NCBI GenBank assembly: GCA_904063045.1
Contig: CAJFCJ010000007.1
Coordinates: forward strand, 1,050,819-1,114,818
Direction of reading: 5' to 3'
Length of the DNA: 64,000 nucleotides
Origin: Dimorphilus gyrociliatus
Taxonomy: Eukaryota > Animalia > Annelida
A program made the position numbers and the translations under genes. This document shows positions 12,659 through 27,489 of the stretch, in pieces; within the stretch, counting starts at the first letter, position 1, and each line of letters starts with the position of its first letter. The notes under the pieces are model-generated. The model was not told the origin of the DNA and did not search any database. It saw only the letters and a list, made by a program, of their open reading frames with translations.

Positions 12659-12890
12659 AAAACGAGATTCATTAAAAATTATGCATGGTACAAGTGTATT
12701 TTTACACAATTTCGTACGGTGTAATATAAACTTTATATTTGCCAATTTATCATTACGTGATCGAGCGTATAAATAAAAAGTTCACATGGAAATTTATTCA
12801 ATCTAATGAATAAATCATAATAAAGGATTTCACGGTTATGTAAGAACAAAAAAACTAAAAGCCGGTTAACTCTCAATTAAAATGGGATAC

Positions 12891-12904
12891 AATAGATGGC
12901 GCTA
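12891..12904 (+). promoter_or_regulatory. CTCF-like motif at the left edge of the Irx domain
   Basis: AATAGATGGCGCTA contains the YAGRTGGCR core of the CTCF consensus. A second forward copy lies at 14060-14066. Confidence 0.5.
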
Positions 12905-14801
12905 CATGTGGAGCTTTGTTGAAATAAGAGCACAAGCATTTGTTAGAGTCGTTTGTTATATTAAACTAGGAGCGGCTGTTGAATTACATAAGTTATTTTA
13001 TTTTAAAATAGACAAAACGGATAGGAAAAGCAGACGAAAATCTCTTTTCAGATAAAATAAGATTTTGGTTTTTTTTTTATAGAGAAGGAGGAAATTTACA
13101 GCGTTCGTTGTTTATTTCCCGTATACCGTTTCATTAACAATGTGAACACACACAGAGAGACAACTGATATGAAGTGTTTATATTTATCTAATTTTATCAG
13201 AGGCGCGTTATTTTAGGAACAATAACAATATTCACCGTTTAAACGCCAAGAAAGAGTAAATTGCAGAAATCTTGCTTATATGGAAGGGTGTAAAAACATG
13301 TTGGTGTATGCGTGCCGAGACGCCCTGGCCGTCTTTTACGTCGCTACCATGCAAAAAGTACATAAATCTTAAAAGGAATTACAGTGAGTCACTGCAATCA
13401 CTTTCGACATGTGTAAAAAGAAATTATTTAAATCTCTATATATTTCTGTAGGGCCAAGTTTTGTATTTCTAACACCTTCATAACACCTTAAGAATAAGAA
13501 TATATATAATATATATACAGAATAATAATTTCGGATATGCATGTTTGATCAGGGCAAGCTGATTCTACTATATACTTAATTGATTCTTTTCAAAGCGAAA
13601 TTAATGCCGGTTTAAACACCTATTCATATTGCCAAAGCAAAGGCAGTTGTGTGTTGTGGTATGTCCGTTGGTACACGTAATCTTTTTCATATACAACTCG
13701 TCACAAGTTGCTTTACATATTCAGGCGGTAGGCTTTGAAGTGAACAACGCTAAGCCTCTTGAGCATTGTGTTTGATGAAACTTCAATTTCCTTGTTTAGC
13801 TTCTGCTAAAGGGATATAGTCGCACATATATGCCTTTATGCATACGTAATTTGTTTTGCAATAAGTTGGCAATAAGCCGGTCAGCGTTGATTGAAACAAG
13901 CTATTTATTCTGCCAGTAAATGTCTCATATATATCGAATATACTTCTTGCGCAGTTGTGTTTACGTTCAGTCTGTGTGTAAGAATTAAATGAACTTAGGA
14001 TGGAAAGTTGACATTGCCGCCGGCGCGGCAAAGAGACGGATCAGGTAACTGATGTCTATAGGTGGCAGATGAGCTTATCGAGGTTTTGCAATTGCCGGTG
14101 CACTTACGTTGATTATAGATTATGTAACGTTAGTGCAATAATTTTACCTTTCTATCTTTTCCCTTTTTTTTTCTCTTTATTCGCGTACCAACTAGAAAGG
14201 TTATATATCATACTTTAGTCGGTATAGAAGGTAAAAGGGTACTAGTTAGCTTTAGCCTAGTTAAAAAGCAATCAATACAAATGATGAAGTCATGGAGAAG
14301 TTGGTAGCGGTGTTGGAATGCGGTGCGTTGACAAGTAGGCGGTTCTAATACCCCCCACAGCATAGTCTATCTGTTAAAAAGACACTAATGTAATTAGCAT
14401 ATAATCTGGTCAACGCGTATACGCACCGTCATTTATATTTATTTAATCTAATCGTCTCGGAGGGGAATAGAGGACAACGAATATGTAAATGAGCAATTTA
14501 AGTGCTGAAGATGGAAGGACGTGCATCAAAGAGAAGCGGTGCGCGTCCACGATTGTGCATACGCATTAGACGTTTAGAAAAGAGGGAAAACATGACGAAT
14601 GCGTGTCAGAGTTCATGCAACACAGTGTTGAGTATGCAATGAAGCATGATCAATCTGGCTCAATGTTTTGATTAGCATCAACTTCAAAGAAAGCCCAACG
14701 AACGTGATGTAGCACGTCCCCACCGTCCCATGATGCAGCGAGCACCTTACAGGTCAACAGTCAGAACAGTGTCAACATGACGTTCAAACCATTAGGCTGG
14801 T

Positions 14802-14886
14802 GGGCGGAGTTAGTAGTGTTAGTGGTCGATTTCCGCCGTCACTCAGCTACTTTTCAGGCGACGCGGCCGAAACAAGTGCTGATTGG
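14802..14886 (+). promoter_or_regulatory. Putative Irx-a promoter elements (GC box, inverted CCAAT)
   Basis: GGGCGGAG at 14802-14809 and ATTGG at 14882-14886, in a GC-rich patch upstream of the proposed ATG at 15012. Confidence 0.45.
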
Positions 14887-15011
14887 CTAATCCACTTTGA
14901 TAGTGGCGCCTCTACGCAAGCAGTTTTTCTCACATTAAAGCTCGGCAGTTCGTCGTTCTATTATAATCTAATGCTAGGCGATCTACTATATAGTGTGGAT
15001 TTATAAAAGTC

Positions 15012-17749
15012 ATGGCTTTACAGGTAATACAAGTACTGTTACAAATAAATAAATAAATTTATTACCTTATTCGCTATATCCCTTCATATTTATTTATGTA
15101 TTTGTATTTAATAATTGTTTATATAAAAATATATAATTTATATTGATAGCGTGTATATATATATATATATATATATATGTATTTGAACATTTGCAAGTAC
15201 AACTCTTGTTCTTATGTACTAAGTTTTAAATACATATATACATGAATACAAAAGTATAGATATATATATATATATATATATATGTATACTTATAGGATTT
15301 ATTAATAAATATGTCCTTAGAATGAAGAGATATATAAATATAGATATATCAATTTTGTATGTATATATTTATACATAAAATTACAATTATATGTCATAAG
15401 TTTAACATAGAATATATACAATATACATATGTATATATTTATATGTGCTTAAGTTCAAATATGTGTTTATGCATATTTATAAGCATACGCGTTAATATAA
15501 GTGAAATTTTTTGATGCGAACGCTCTTTTTTTAATTCGTAATATATCTCAACATAAAAGGGAGATATTAGCATATATATATATTAATTAGAATAATATAC
15601 AATCTGCCAGTATGCTTGGCCAGTGTACTTGAGTTTTTATTAGAATAATAATGTATAATGAGGGGCATAAATTTCATATATTCACTATCTGTCTCTTTTT
15701 CGTAGTCTGCAGCCGTGACGCCTTCAATGCGTAATTCGTCAAGCAGTGACGAAACATCACGCTGTGAAAGTAATCGACCCACTACCGATGCGCATTCGGA
15801 TAAAAAGATGTGGTGCAATCAGCCTCAAGCCTTAACACCTTCCTTTCCAAGATTCCCGCTTCCAGAAACTGCGTTTTCGTTGCCAGCACCACCAGGACTT
15901 TTTCATGTGCCACAGGAAGCGTTACCTCACATCGTAAGTGTGTTACTCTCACCCCCCTCATCCTTTACCGTTGCTTTTACACGTAGGCATACATTTCTTA
16001 TGTACAGTACATATTTAACTTATAAGCGCAACGCTCACTTCGAGTATTTCCCCATGCATATATGTATTTATTATGATATTATTAATTTATAATAAATACA
16101 CAAGCTATATAAGAAAGTATATATATATATATATTTATATGCATTTATATAGATTACGGGATGCATGCAAAATATTGTCTGACCGCCTGTGTGTATTCAA
16201 TACGGACATGTGTGCAGACAGAACGTTTCGCTTCAATAACTTTCGCCTGCTTTTTTATATTTTGTGACGATAATTAAATATCTATAAAACTAATCGATTA
16301 ACTCGCATCTGCTGGTTGGCAAGTGAAAAAAAGTGCAAAAGGATGCTATTTCGATTTTTATCGACTTTTCACTGTTATACAAGAGAATGGAGAGAATCCA
16401 TTAAAATAAATAATAAAAAAAACACAAATAAACAAAACTTTTAACAATAAATTTTTCTTTTAAGCAGAGTTCCTACGATTTAAAAGAAACGTCTGATGTT
16501 GTTAGAAATCTCGGCCTACCGTCCGGATATGTCTACGATCCAAGCTTGGCCGCCTCATACGCCTACGCAAACAGGTACGTGTCCGCTCACTGAACGCCAA
16601 CCAATAAGGCATCCGCCGACGTTGAGGGGCAACGTTGCAGACTGAGCGGCTCCAATGTTATTCTAAGCTGAATATTACATGCTACAAACAGGCAGAATAA
16701 TGCATGCCTTTCTGACAGTCTAGTTTATATATAGAGCGCGTATAGACAACGTCTCAACCAAGCTGGCCTTTGTACGTATATTGATCACACGGCTTTAACA
16801 TGCAATGCAAACAAACGCTTCTATTTCATATTTTATGCACATAACTATAAGTTCGTGCGACGAGTATAAACCGCTCGTGACGTTAACTAGCCGATCGTAA
16901 AAAGTCAAAAATTAACTCCCGTCGATTCCTCAATAACGAAATAGCGACGGGGGTTAGGCGTGGTAGGTTAAGTGCGATAGAGAGAGGGGGGGAAGAGATA
17001 GAATTAGAGCTACAGAGTTTATAGGGTGATTGGATTTCTTTATCTACGCACTTGAAATTAGGAGAAAACCATTAATAATAGCTTTTAAAACAATTAAACA
17101 GTGCTATGGATTTGAATGCTCGCCGGAAGAATGCGACTAGAGACGCTACAAATACTTTAAAGGCCTGGTTGTATGAACACAGAAAGAATCCGTACCCTAC
17201 TAAAGGGGAAAAGATTATGTTGGCAATTATAACTAAAATGACTCTAACTCAAGTATCCACCTGGTTCGCTAATGCTCGTAGACGACTGAAGAAAGAGAAT
17301 AAAATGACCTGGTCACCGAGAAATCGCAACGACGAGGAAGAAGAGGAAGAAGAAGAAGAGGAGGATGTAAAGAAATCGAGTTGTGAGAAATCCACGACTG
17401 AGTCGGATGAAGAAGTTATTATTGATGGTAAGTTCTAATTGTAATAAAAAATACAACGAAAAACATCATGAATAATTGATGAAGTATAAAATAAAACATT
17501 TTTTTGATTATCCAAACAGACGACAACACCGAGGAAGAAAAGGAGAGTCGTCTCGCTCCAGCTGAACCGTCGCCTCCTGCAGCTGCGACCAAGCCAAAAA
17601 TTTGGTCGTTAGCCGACACGGCGATCTCTAATAAAGAGCCTTCGCAAAAGAACAAACTCACACCTTCGCCGTCTAATTTGCTATTTACTCACTGGTTGTC
17701 GGGATTACCTACGCCTCTGTTTAGACCCTATAATACCCCCCACAGTTAG
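15012..17749 (+). CDS. Irx: Iroquois-class TALE homeobox protein, cluster gene 1 (Irx-a)
   Basis: Exons 15012-15023 (MALQ, tentative), 15706-15933, 16468-16574, 17102-17427, 17520-17749. Homeodomain [61 protein letters not shown], then a poly-Glu tract and IRO box [11 protein letters not shown]. Confidence 0.95.
15155..15285. repeat. (AT)n microsatellites in Irx-a intron 1
   Basis: Two (AT)n runs near 15155-15180 and 15258-15283. Confidence 0.8.
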
Positions 17750-20700
17750 TATGTTGCTGATTATCAGTAATAGTTAAGATATATACAGATATACATATAC
17801 ACTACGGACTACTGACAGAATTTTTATCTCGTCTAATCTTTCTTCCGTTCGTTTATATATTATATATATGTGCTATACGGCGAGTTGAGATGCATTTGTG
17901 TTGATAAGATATCAATGACGTCAAAGTATATCAACGACCTTGTCTTCCGAGTAGACTATTGCGTTGGACGCGATTTATATAGGAGCAATATAAGACGAAA
18001 AGCGATGATTCGGTGGAATGATAGTGCAATGGAAGACAGATGTCTTATCGTTTCAACGATAAACACTTTTGCCACTTATATGTATATATATAAGAGCGCT
18101 TACGTATCTGTTATGCGAATATATTCGACATCAGCGTCTTCATGCTCGAAAATTTAATTTTCTTTTGTATAAAAAGCATTTCTTTTTATTGTGTCAATCT
18201 TCCTTTAATAGACAAACGAATTAGAATAAAGAGAGAAAGAGAGACAGATAGAGACACAGACACTGAGAATGAGAATGAGAGAAAGAAAGAAAAGAGAATA
18301 TAAGAGGAAGATAGAAAAATAGAGAAAGAACTATAGCTTTATACACCTGCTCAATTATATATACGTATAGGTGCGTGTGCCGTGTGAAATAGGGCGCCTT
18401 CAAGCCTTCCGCTAATTAAAACGATAAGAATTACATGCCATCTGGCGGCCTTGCGTTTGGGAAGAGAGTAAACAAACGGAGAGATTCGCCGACAAAATGT
18501 TCGTGTCTATACATACATATTCCACAATAGAAAGTATAAAATGTATATAAGAAATAACGCAGAACCTTTTTCGTAGATACTTAAATGTATATAACGAATA
18601 ACACATTCTGCCATATATCTTATCCTGAATGGTACAGAGTGTATACATGTCCATTACAATATGGACAACATATACGTAATAAATAAGTTATGTATAATAT
18701 GGAAATGGGAATTTCCCATATAATCGGTCGTTGGCGAGAAAGATAGGAAATCGTGAGCGTAAAACTCCGGCGGGAAATGATGGAAAAGCGGAAGAATGCA
18801 AAGAGCGATAGAAGAGCGCTGCGCAGTCTGATTACAAACTGAATTGTTTGTGTTAGACTCACGCCAAGAAGTCGTTTCTTGGCGAGTTATTGCCGGCTGG
18901 CCGCCGGCCGTTTATTCTTTATATACAGTATACCGTATATAACGAACACCTCGGAGCTTTATAAAGTCGCCGTTTTATATGCTAGCTTCCGTTATATTCT
19001 TATCGTTTTCGTTCTTTCTTTATTCGTTTTTCCGTCTCTCCGTCTCTCTTTCCCCCTCATTGTCTTTTCCTTCTTTTTACTCTTTTCATCAATATTCCCT
19101 GTTTTTACAAAATAAATACATATTATTTATATATCAAAAAAAAAAAATTTTAAGGTATATACTATATACAATACATAGATAGTACTTGTTCGGTTGTCGC
19201 TTCTCCTTCAAAGAAAATTCGTAAGCAAAACACAACGCCGGCTCGCATTGTGCCCGAAATTGACTTGGCTACATGTACACAAAACGTTCAATCAAGCCGA
19301 CATGAACAAGCTACAATCGCGTGTTTATCTCTAAATATTGCGCTGCATATGAGCAAGGGGAGGCAGGTGCGCTCAGCATGCTCATGATCACTTCACACCA
19401 GTTAACAATGCGCCTATTCGTTGGAGTCGTCATTGTTGCCCGCCGGCTAAATAGCGAACGAAACTTTTTTTCTTTCCTTTCTATCATTTTGGCTTTTCAA
19501 ACTATTAGTTCCTTTTAATTTTATACTCCTACTTTATATCCCTAATTTCTAACACATTCACAATAGGTATACTATCTGTAACTATTTAGTAATACGCTCC
19601 GCACATGTTCACTAATAAATGTATCTCTGTAGTTGATAGGACAGCGTATACAACATTTACTAAATGAATGTATATATATGTATGTATACATTTCAAATGA
19701 AAATATATACCTCACATATATACTATTGTAAAGCGTAATAATAATAAGTATAAATATAAATATAAGAATATAAATATATAAATATGTAAGTATATAGATA
19801 TATATTTATGTATTGTAAAAAAAAGACCATAAAGCTGCGACAAATTGAACACTACTAGTCCGTAGACATTGACTGATGACGACAGTTGTTGTGTGCGACG
19901 ATAGGTCGTTATTAGCGCAGCGGGACGCGTTTAGTGGCGACTTTACTCCACAATTGGCCGATGCAGGTGCGAGCACCACACAAACACAACATTGCAATCA
20001 GGTGAAGTCATGCTGCGACAGCATTGATCATACACAACGCTTGCTCACAACAATAACTTTGCCTTCTTCTGCTTTATAATCGCCCTGCATTATGCACGGC
20101 GCGATTCGACCTTTATCGATTCGCCATTTCCCACCTAATTACGTTCGCCTTAATCGCTTCTAGTCTAACTACCGTTTCGTACGTCTATAGTTTTTTTTCT
20201 TTACGTACTTTAAACCTAATAAACTTCTCAAATCGAAATAGGGTTTATGTTTATTACACTAGTGTTTGTTTTATTTCAACTTTTCGGTTTCGAAATCACG
20301 CAATCACTGGTCACAAGTCAGTAATGAGCTTCTCGGCCCTTTGGGCTCTGCCCTACAAACTCATTGAGCCATAACCCGTGTCGTCAATAGTCGACATTCC
20401 TCGGAGAATCGTTTCTAATGGTATAACGACATACGTTCACAACTTTGCTTTCCATAAATAGCATGTATCGCACTTAATTCTATATACTTAGCAATTCATA
20501 CCCCATTTTCTTCTGCTTAGAGCCAGCGATTGGAATTTATATTTGTAATTATTACTTCAGTATATACAAGAGCAATTTTCAAGTCTTTCAAACGTTTCTT
20601 TATGCACACTTTTTTTTTGCATCACTCAATCATATAATATCCTATATATTTATAAATAAACGGTATACTGGTATTGGATGCGAGTGCACGTTATTCTAAC

Positions 20701-21979
20701 ATCTGTTCATTTTATATAAAATATTTGTATGCAGAGCGGGCTTTCGTCAAGAATATAACTATTGATTAGATATATATTACCGTATTACTTATTCTTTTAT
20801 ACTAAATATGAAACTTCTTCAATGTGCGTATAGTCTTATTTTGTATTATACTACGGATACGATTTTTATATACGATATTTAATAAACATATACGCAATAA
20901 AACTATTAAACCTCAATCCGAATCCCCACACATTCATATACGCCTATATATTTATACTTATATTTATACGTCTGTCATTAAGTTGACGATTCACCCCTTT
21001 CTTTTCATTTGTCAGCGTCAGGATGACAGCTGACGAGGATTTCAGGCCCATTGACTGCATAGTTCACTAATGACTCTATATCGCCTTCTAGTTTCTTTCT
21101 TCGTTAATATCTTATATAGGCAAAAGAGAAAAGTATATTGCTTTTATATATACGAAACTGATGGAGAAAAGAGCGAGTCGATATGTATGACAAACGGACG
21201 TGCACAGTTTACAAACAAGATTGAGTGGGTCTGCTCAAGCACTTGCGAATGTCAACACTCTTACCTAATCAAGCAGCAACGTGAGACGGAGGTTAGATAT
21301 CATTCCCCATAGCAACGTCAACACTGCATGTTCAAAATTTTCAGTATGTAAAAGGTTGAGAAGAAAGGGAAAAAATTCTTTTTAACTCCTACCGCATTTT
21401 TTTAATATCGCAACTGTTCGTTAAGTTTAAAAGAATTTCTTTTACAAGCAAAAAAGTGGCCTTTTGGTAGGTAAGGTTGCAATTATGTACGAACCTAACA
21501 ATTTAGAGTAACGTTATACTTATATTTAACACACACGGTATCAATGTTTATAATATGTGTATATATATCTTTATATATAGTTTGCAAAAAAATTCTTTGG
21601 AGCATAATAAAAATTAAAGTTTGTAATTGAGTCGTTATTTTGCTTCTTCAAAGTTTGTAATATATATAAACACTTTCTATATCACTGCATCATTCAACAC
21701 TCTCGCGCTGTTCTTACGTAGAGTTTGATATGACACTCTATAACATACAAACACAGCGTATCATCTAGCAATAAACTTAATCAAGATAAGAGCGTAATTA
21801 ATCACCGTATTGTGTAATTGTGCTTGTGCTGCGCTAGTTGTTCGAAAGGTCAGGTCTTACGCAACAGGCAGTGCTGGAAAGTTTGAGGAGCAATATGATC
21901 TGAGCCTGGCACTCATCACAGATACCACGCCTGCTCCGCTAGCAGTGCCACCACTTCAAACATATGATATACACCAGTC

Positions 21980-22034
21980 GGGGCGGAGCCAGCCTCTCAC
22001 CTCATTTGCATAATGTATGCGTTGATCAACCAAT
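21980..22034 (+). promoter_or_regulatory. Putative Irx-b promoter (GC box, octamer, CCAAT)
   Basis: GGGGCGGAG at 21980-21988, ATTTGCAT at 22004-22011 and CCAAT at 22030-22034, about 130 nt before ATGCAG|gtat. Confidence 0.45.
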
Positions 22035-22160
22035 GGCGATGAGAGCCCATAAATCTTTTACGGCTTTGAGCTTTTGTTGCCGCCAAGTGCGAGTTTAGTA
22101 GCGAATTTCGAACGGTCGCGTCTCGAGAAATTTGTCCGACGTTTTCTCACCCATTTATGC

Positions 22161-24367
22161 ATGCAGGTATTTATATGAATTATGCATAAACCAGCATTTG
22201 TTTGTGTTTTATATGAAGATATAGATAAAAGTATGTCTGACTTCTATTATATATAGAATTGATATGTATATATATAAATATATCTTTAAGTATGCGATCT
22301 AGCCTAAATATTTTGTACATAAGAATTTTCTTTATAAATATTCATATATTATATTTATTCAAAATTTTAGTTTGTATACAGATATAGGAAATTAGGAATA
22401 TACACATATACTTATGTGATAAATTATAGATGCTGTAATGTCTCTTAATAACCCGCACGTCAATAAAGAATGACGGTGCAACGTAAGGACATAAATGGCA
22501 AAGCATTGTTTGTAGTTTGTCAACAAAGTACCAGCTGTCGCATATTGTATTGTCTTTGCTTCTAACACAGCAGTTCGTGTTTACAAACTGCTGCTTGTTT
22601 GTCAATGTCACAAAGCTGACTGTCTTGTCAAACATAAACGACAGACAACAATTGAAAAAAGTTGTGTCTCTGGATATACATATGTATTTACGAACTATAA
22701 GACTATTACACAAGTGTTTGTGTCAAATCGGAGTTTTTGTCTGAGTTCAGAGTGATTCCAAACAGCCGCGTGCTTCTTATCGTTATAACTTTCATTATTG
22801 TAGAATTTGCATAATTTATACAAACAGATGGCGCATAAAACTTCGAGAATTGGCTCTGCTGCGGAGTTGGAATTTTGTACGCAATCGAAATCGAAATTAT
22901 CTCATCAATATTCTCAGGCATCGGGAGATAGGAATATATTCGTATCGCCTTTGGTAAATATTCAATAATACACTTATATACAAGTATACTATCTATATAC
23001 ACTGAATACATATATCAATATGAGGGTATATAGATATGTTTAAAAAATCAATTATTAATTGTTATCTTTATTGCTTCGTTGTTTTATGTAACATTTACGG
23101 TTTTCTTTATTTTGTAATAAAGGCATCGAACTTGGACAAAGGAAATTCATTCGTTTCCCAGGACTTTCAAAGCAGCTATCCATACACATGGTAGGTATAA
23201 TATAAAATAAATTATTCGTGGTTTCGGCCTGATTAAGAATGGCGATAAGAAGTAATGACAGCGTCTGCCTTCTTTCAGCTATTCACAAGCTGATTTAGCC
23301 GCTCGACGCAAAATGGCCACAAGAGAAGGTACTTCTATACTTAAACGATGGCTGTATGACCACCTGAAGAATCCATATCCGACAAAAGGAGAGAAAATAA
23401 TGTTGGCCATTATCACAAAGATGAGCTTGACTCAAGTGTCCACTTGGTTCGCTAATGCACGACGGCGCCTAAAGAAAGAAAATAAAATGACATGGTCGCC
23501 AAAGAATAGAACTGACGAAGATGGAGAAGAAGAAGAGGAGGAGGAGGAAGATGAAACTAATGATTCCAAAAAAAATGATGATGATGATGAAGAAATTGAT
23601 GTTACAGGTAAAATTTTATTAATTTTCAAAGCACAATTTTGTAATTTAATATTTAACTATAAAAATTTGAAGGTGTTTAATAAATATACGGTATTGAGAT
23701 TAGTATAGGAACGCAGGTGCCAAATACGATTGTTGACTGTTTGTTAAAGGCGTATTTGACAAAGAGTTTAAAATGTGCAACATTATGTAATAAGCATTTA
23801 GAGTTATTTCGTTGTCATAGGTTATTGACGTATTAGTTGTTTCTAGTAATTCCACCGAAAAAATTGCATATAAATTACCATAATTTATTACGACTTACGT
23901 ACTTAAGGACAAACGATAAATCATCGAATCGAATAAGAAAGTGGTTTATATACTCTGATTTCTGATTGATGTACGAAACGACGCGCGGCGTCGCAAATTT
24001 GACAATATAGCCAGAGGCAATGCCACTTTCCCGTAGAAAAAATGTTCCATTAAGCATCATCATCGACAATACGAAAATGTGTGTAATTGCAGGAAACTTG
24101 GACGAGGACGCTTTATCTGATGTTGATAATGCCGCATCAAAGCAAGTAGAAGCTCCTTTAATAGCCGAGGATAGTAGAGGAGAGAAAAAAGGGAAAATTT
24201 GGTCTCTAGCCGATACGGCAACTTGCCAAGAAAATGAAGAAGAGAAGAGGAAACGCCGGGAAGAGCGACGCCGTTTCTCCACCTTCCCTTCCTTCCTCAA
24301 TTATTCTCCATATTTAGGATATGTTTCCATACCAACGCCATCTACAGCTTTTGTCACTTTAAGATAG
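22161..24367 (+). CDS. Irx: Iroquois-class TALE homeobox protein, cluster gene 2 (Irx-b), divergent
   Basis: Exons 22161-22166 (tentative; alternative start at 22828), 22828-22953, 23123-23190, 23279-23607, 24093-24367. Homeodomain [61 protein letters not shown], then an acidic tract and IRO box [11 protein letters not shown]. Confidence 0.93.
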
Positions 24368-24574
24368 TGTTGATAATCTTTTGTTAATGTGCTTAAAATC
24401 GTGTATATATGGATACGTATGTATACAATTGGGATGTGTAGTATAAATCTGTATATACTGTATATCTGTATATATACGATATATATCTGTAAATGCATGT
24501 ACAAAGAGGCCGCGTCTAGTCGAGTTTGTGATATAAACGCGCTCAAGTTGTATATTCGTTGTACGTATAATTGT

Positions 24575-24620
24575 ATATATATATATATATATACAGTTAT
24601 ATGTATTATTATGTTTTTGA

Positions 24621-24665
<45 letters not shown>
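24575..24665. repeat. (AT)n microsatellites downstream of Irx-b
   Basis: Long TA runs near 24575-24592 and 24626-24665. Confidence 0.85.
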
Positions 24666-24667
<2 letters not shown>

Positions 24668-27489
24668 TGTATATATGTTGCTCGTATGTATATATAACAA
24701 ATACAATAATATAAGTTATTTCTAATTTATAAGTACTACGTGTCGTACTTTGTATTTATTCAACTGCACTGTAAATAGTTCTTTTTTAAAAAAAAGATGT
24801 CGACTTTTGACACAAAATAACAAAATCTCATATTCTTCAATTTTTTTCTTGTATTATTAATAACCAGGTATAAAAAAATAGGGTAGGTCAAGGCGGTAGG
24901 TTAAAATATACCTTTTAGCTGAATATATTATACATATATATCTGAAACGGGCGGAAAGGTTGAAGACAGCCATCAGATAGCACGAAACTACAGACAACAG
25001 GGCGCCTGTTGTAAGGAGTAGATAAAAAGGTAGTAATTATTAAGTCCGACATATAAATATATATAAACTATATACAATACATATATATCTATATAAGAAA
25101 ATATAGGAACTATAGATATACACGGTCAGCACATATATATATATATAAAGGATATAACTACATATGTTTATAGATAGATAGGCATATCTTATATATATAC
25201 ATATATATACAATATACTAATATATATATATTTATATATATACAGTGTATTTATATAAATATCTAACTATAAACTAATACTTAGCAAACGAAAGTATGGA
25301 TTTTAATTTTTTTTTATTTGTTGATGTTAAAAGTTGAAAGAAGGGAAAAAAACCAAGGGTTGTTGAATTTCTCCTGAGAATTGAACAGAATTGACTGTAT
25401 TAAGTTTGTATATTTAAATAATTATTTAAAATAATATGGTAAGGGAGTAAGGGCATAAAGGTAAATTTAGATGAAGCAATAGTAAAGGATGAAACAGGTG
25501 AAAAAAGTCTGATGAGAAAAAAAGCAACGGTGATCGCGCGCGTCACTTATCGAACATCTATTGTCGTTAATAGTCGGTTTCAACTTTCGGTGGCGCCAAT
25601 TGTGATTTAGCTCGCAAACAGACTGTATATATAGAAACGACTTAAATGCTATACGATAATATCTTTCTCGCCCAACCTCTCTCGTCCTCACCTCATTTAT
25701 TCGGTTATTTCGGTCATCTTATAGCCCCCTATCACTCCTTTCCCGCATCATTTAAAGAAAAGGCAAAAACCATTTCATTATAAATCTAAATTACTCTTCT
25801 TCGCATGTACGCATAACAATATATCTATATATTACATATTGGCACGCGTCCAGGTGGCTACAAGCTGCCAAAGTTCAAACGACCGATCGCCGAGATGAAA
25901 AGAAACAGTATCTGGAGTGAAACGAGAGACTAGGCACTTGTATGAAAACATAGACGGAAAGATGGTATGCATATGGGTCAATACAGTCTTATACCCCACA
26001 CAGGCTCGCTCACACACACACGTACACAGACACACACACACAAACACATAGGAAATTACGTTAACGCCATTCCTAATTAGGTTATAGGCGTCTCACACGA
26101 GACAGAGGGCGTCGGTTGCTTCTAATTATTTAATTTAGCGGCAGCTATCAATCAGAACTAGTCAGCCTTGTCGCCGACCGAGTTTAGTAATAGTTTTACA
26201 CCCCGCTGACGAACGCTGACCGCGCAATAGGAATTTGCATAATAACGCTTAGCTGCGCGTACCAAGCCAATATCCGCCGTCACACACATTATGCACACAG
26301 CTGCCTTTATATATATGGACGCGAAAAACGACGTCTTTCGCCGGCGTCTCATTTGACGGCGTTAGGAGACGGGCGCGCAGCTTCATTTCCGGGCAAACAA
26401 TGCAAGGGTCAGCGCCATATTGAAGTCTACTACTTATCTGCGTAAACAGTGCGCAATTCGATCATCTCGCGTCTGTAGGAGTTTTTTAGGAGAGTAAATT
26501 TTACATTTATGTCTGTGTATTTAACGGTCAAGTATTAGAACGAGAGTTTTACGTGATACGTTCATTTCCCTCGAGTAGAGCATAATCAAGCAGTACTATT
26601 GTTTATTCGACCTTATTTCTTTTTCTCCCCTTTATCCACAGCATAACTATATTCATATATGGACAGAAAAGATTGGAACAGAAGCACATTTAGAAATAGG
26701 GCAAATTTTCTTAATATGAACACTTTTTCTCAATAACTCCATTTATAAAAAAATTAATTATTATTAATATAAACGTACTCAAAAGATTATATATATATAT
26801 CGTGTGTAGATTAAAGTTAAAAAAAAGAGCAATATAAAGAGAATTTGCAGAAAAAAAGGAGCTTAAGACCTTTATACTATGTAATATACGCTTTCTTAAA
26901 ATATATTCACTCTCTTGAACTTTGCTACATAACAGAATAACGTCTTGGCCCGTTTCGTGTTTATCGATTAAACAGATCGTGCTTGAATAGAAAGTGGGCG
27001 CGCGTATAAAAGTCAAACGAACTCTTTATCAGGGCTGCTCACTCATTTGCAAACTCCTTATAACAATAAAGACAATCCTCTTAAAGCATATTGCACTGTC
27101 AACTGTCATCGGTCTTAGTGGCATTTCCATTAATTGACTGTTTATCCATCGTCCGATAACTTATCGCTTCTTTATATAGAGCGGGCCGAGCCTAACGAAC
27201 GCCTCACTTCCACCGTTTTTTTTTTCATGCGTCACTATTAGCGATTAGACTTTACTATTTAGATATGGGATATTGCAATCTATAGGCCTCAAATGAAACA
27301 GATAATGATAACAATAATAATATTTTATACGAAATTTGTTAAAAGTTGATTGCATATTCATCATAATTTTCTTTTTACATATTTTTCTTTTCAGTAAAAA
27401 AATTTCGGACGCAATAATTGCCCGCACTCGAGACCGACGCGTCGTCCGCACCGACAAGAACACTTTCGAAAGTAATCAATCACACCAAC

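Noticed and set aside
17870-22750. Numerous 60-125 aa ORFs between Irx-a and Irx-b
   Set aside because: Low-complexity I/Y/F/L composition from AT- or CT-rich DNA, with no domains or splice support.
24359-24706. ORFs with YIYIYI runs on both strands
   Set aside because: Translations of (AT)n microsatellites.
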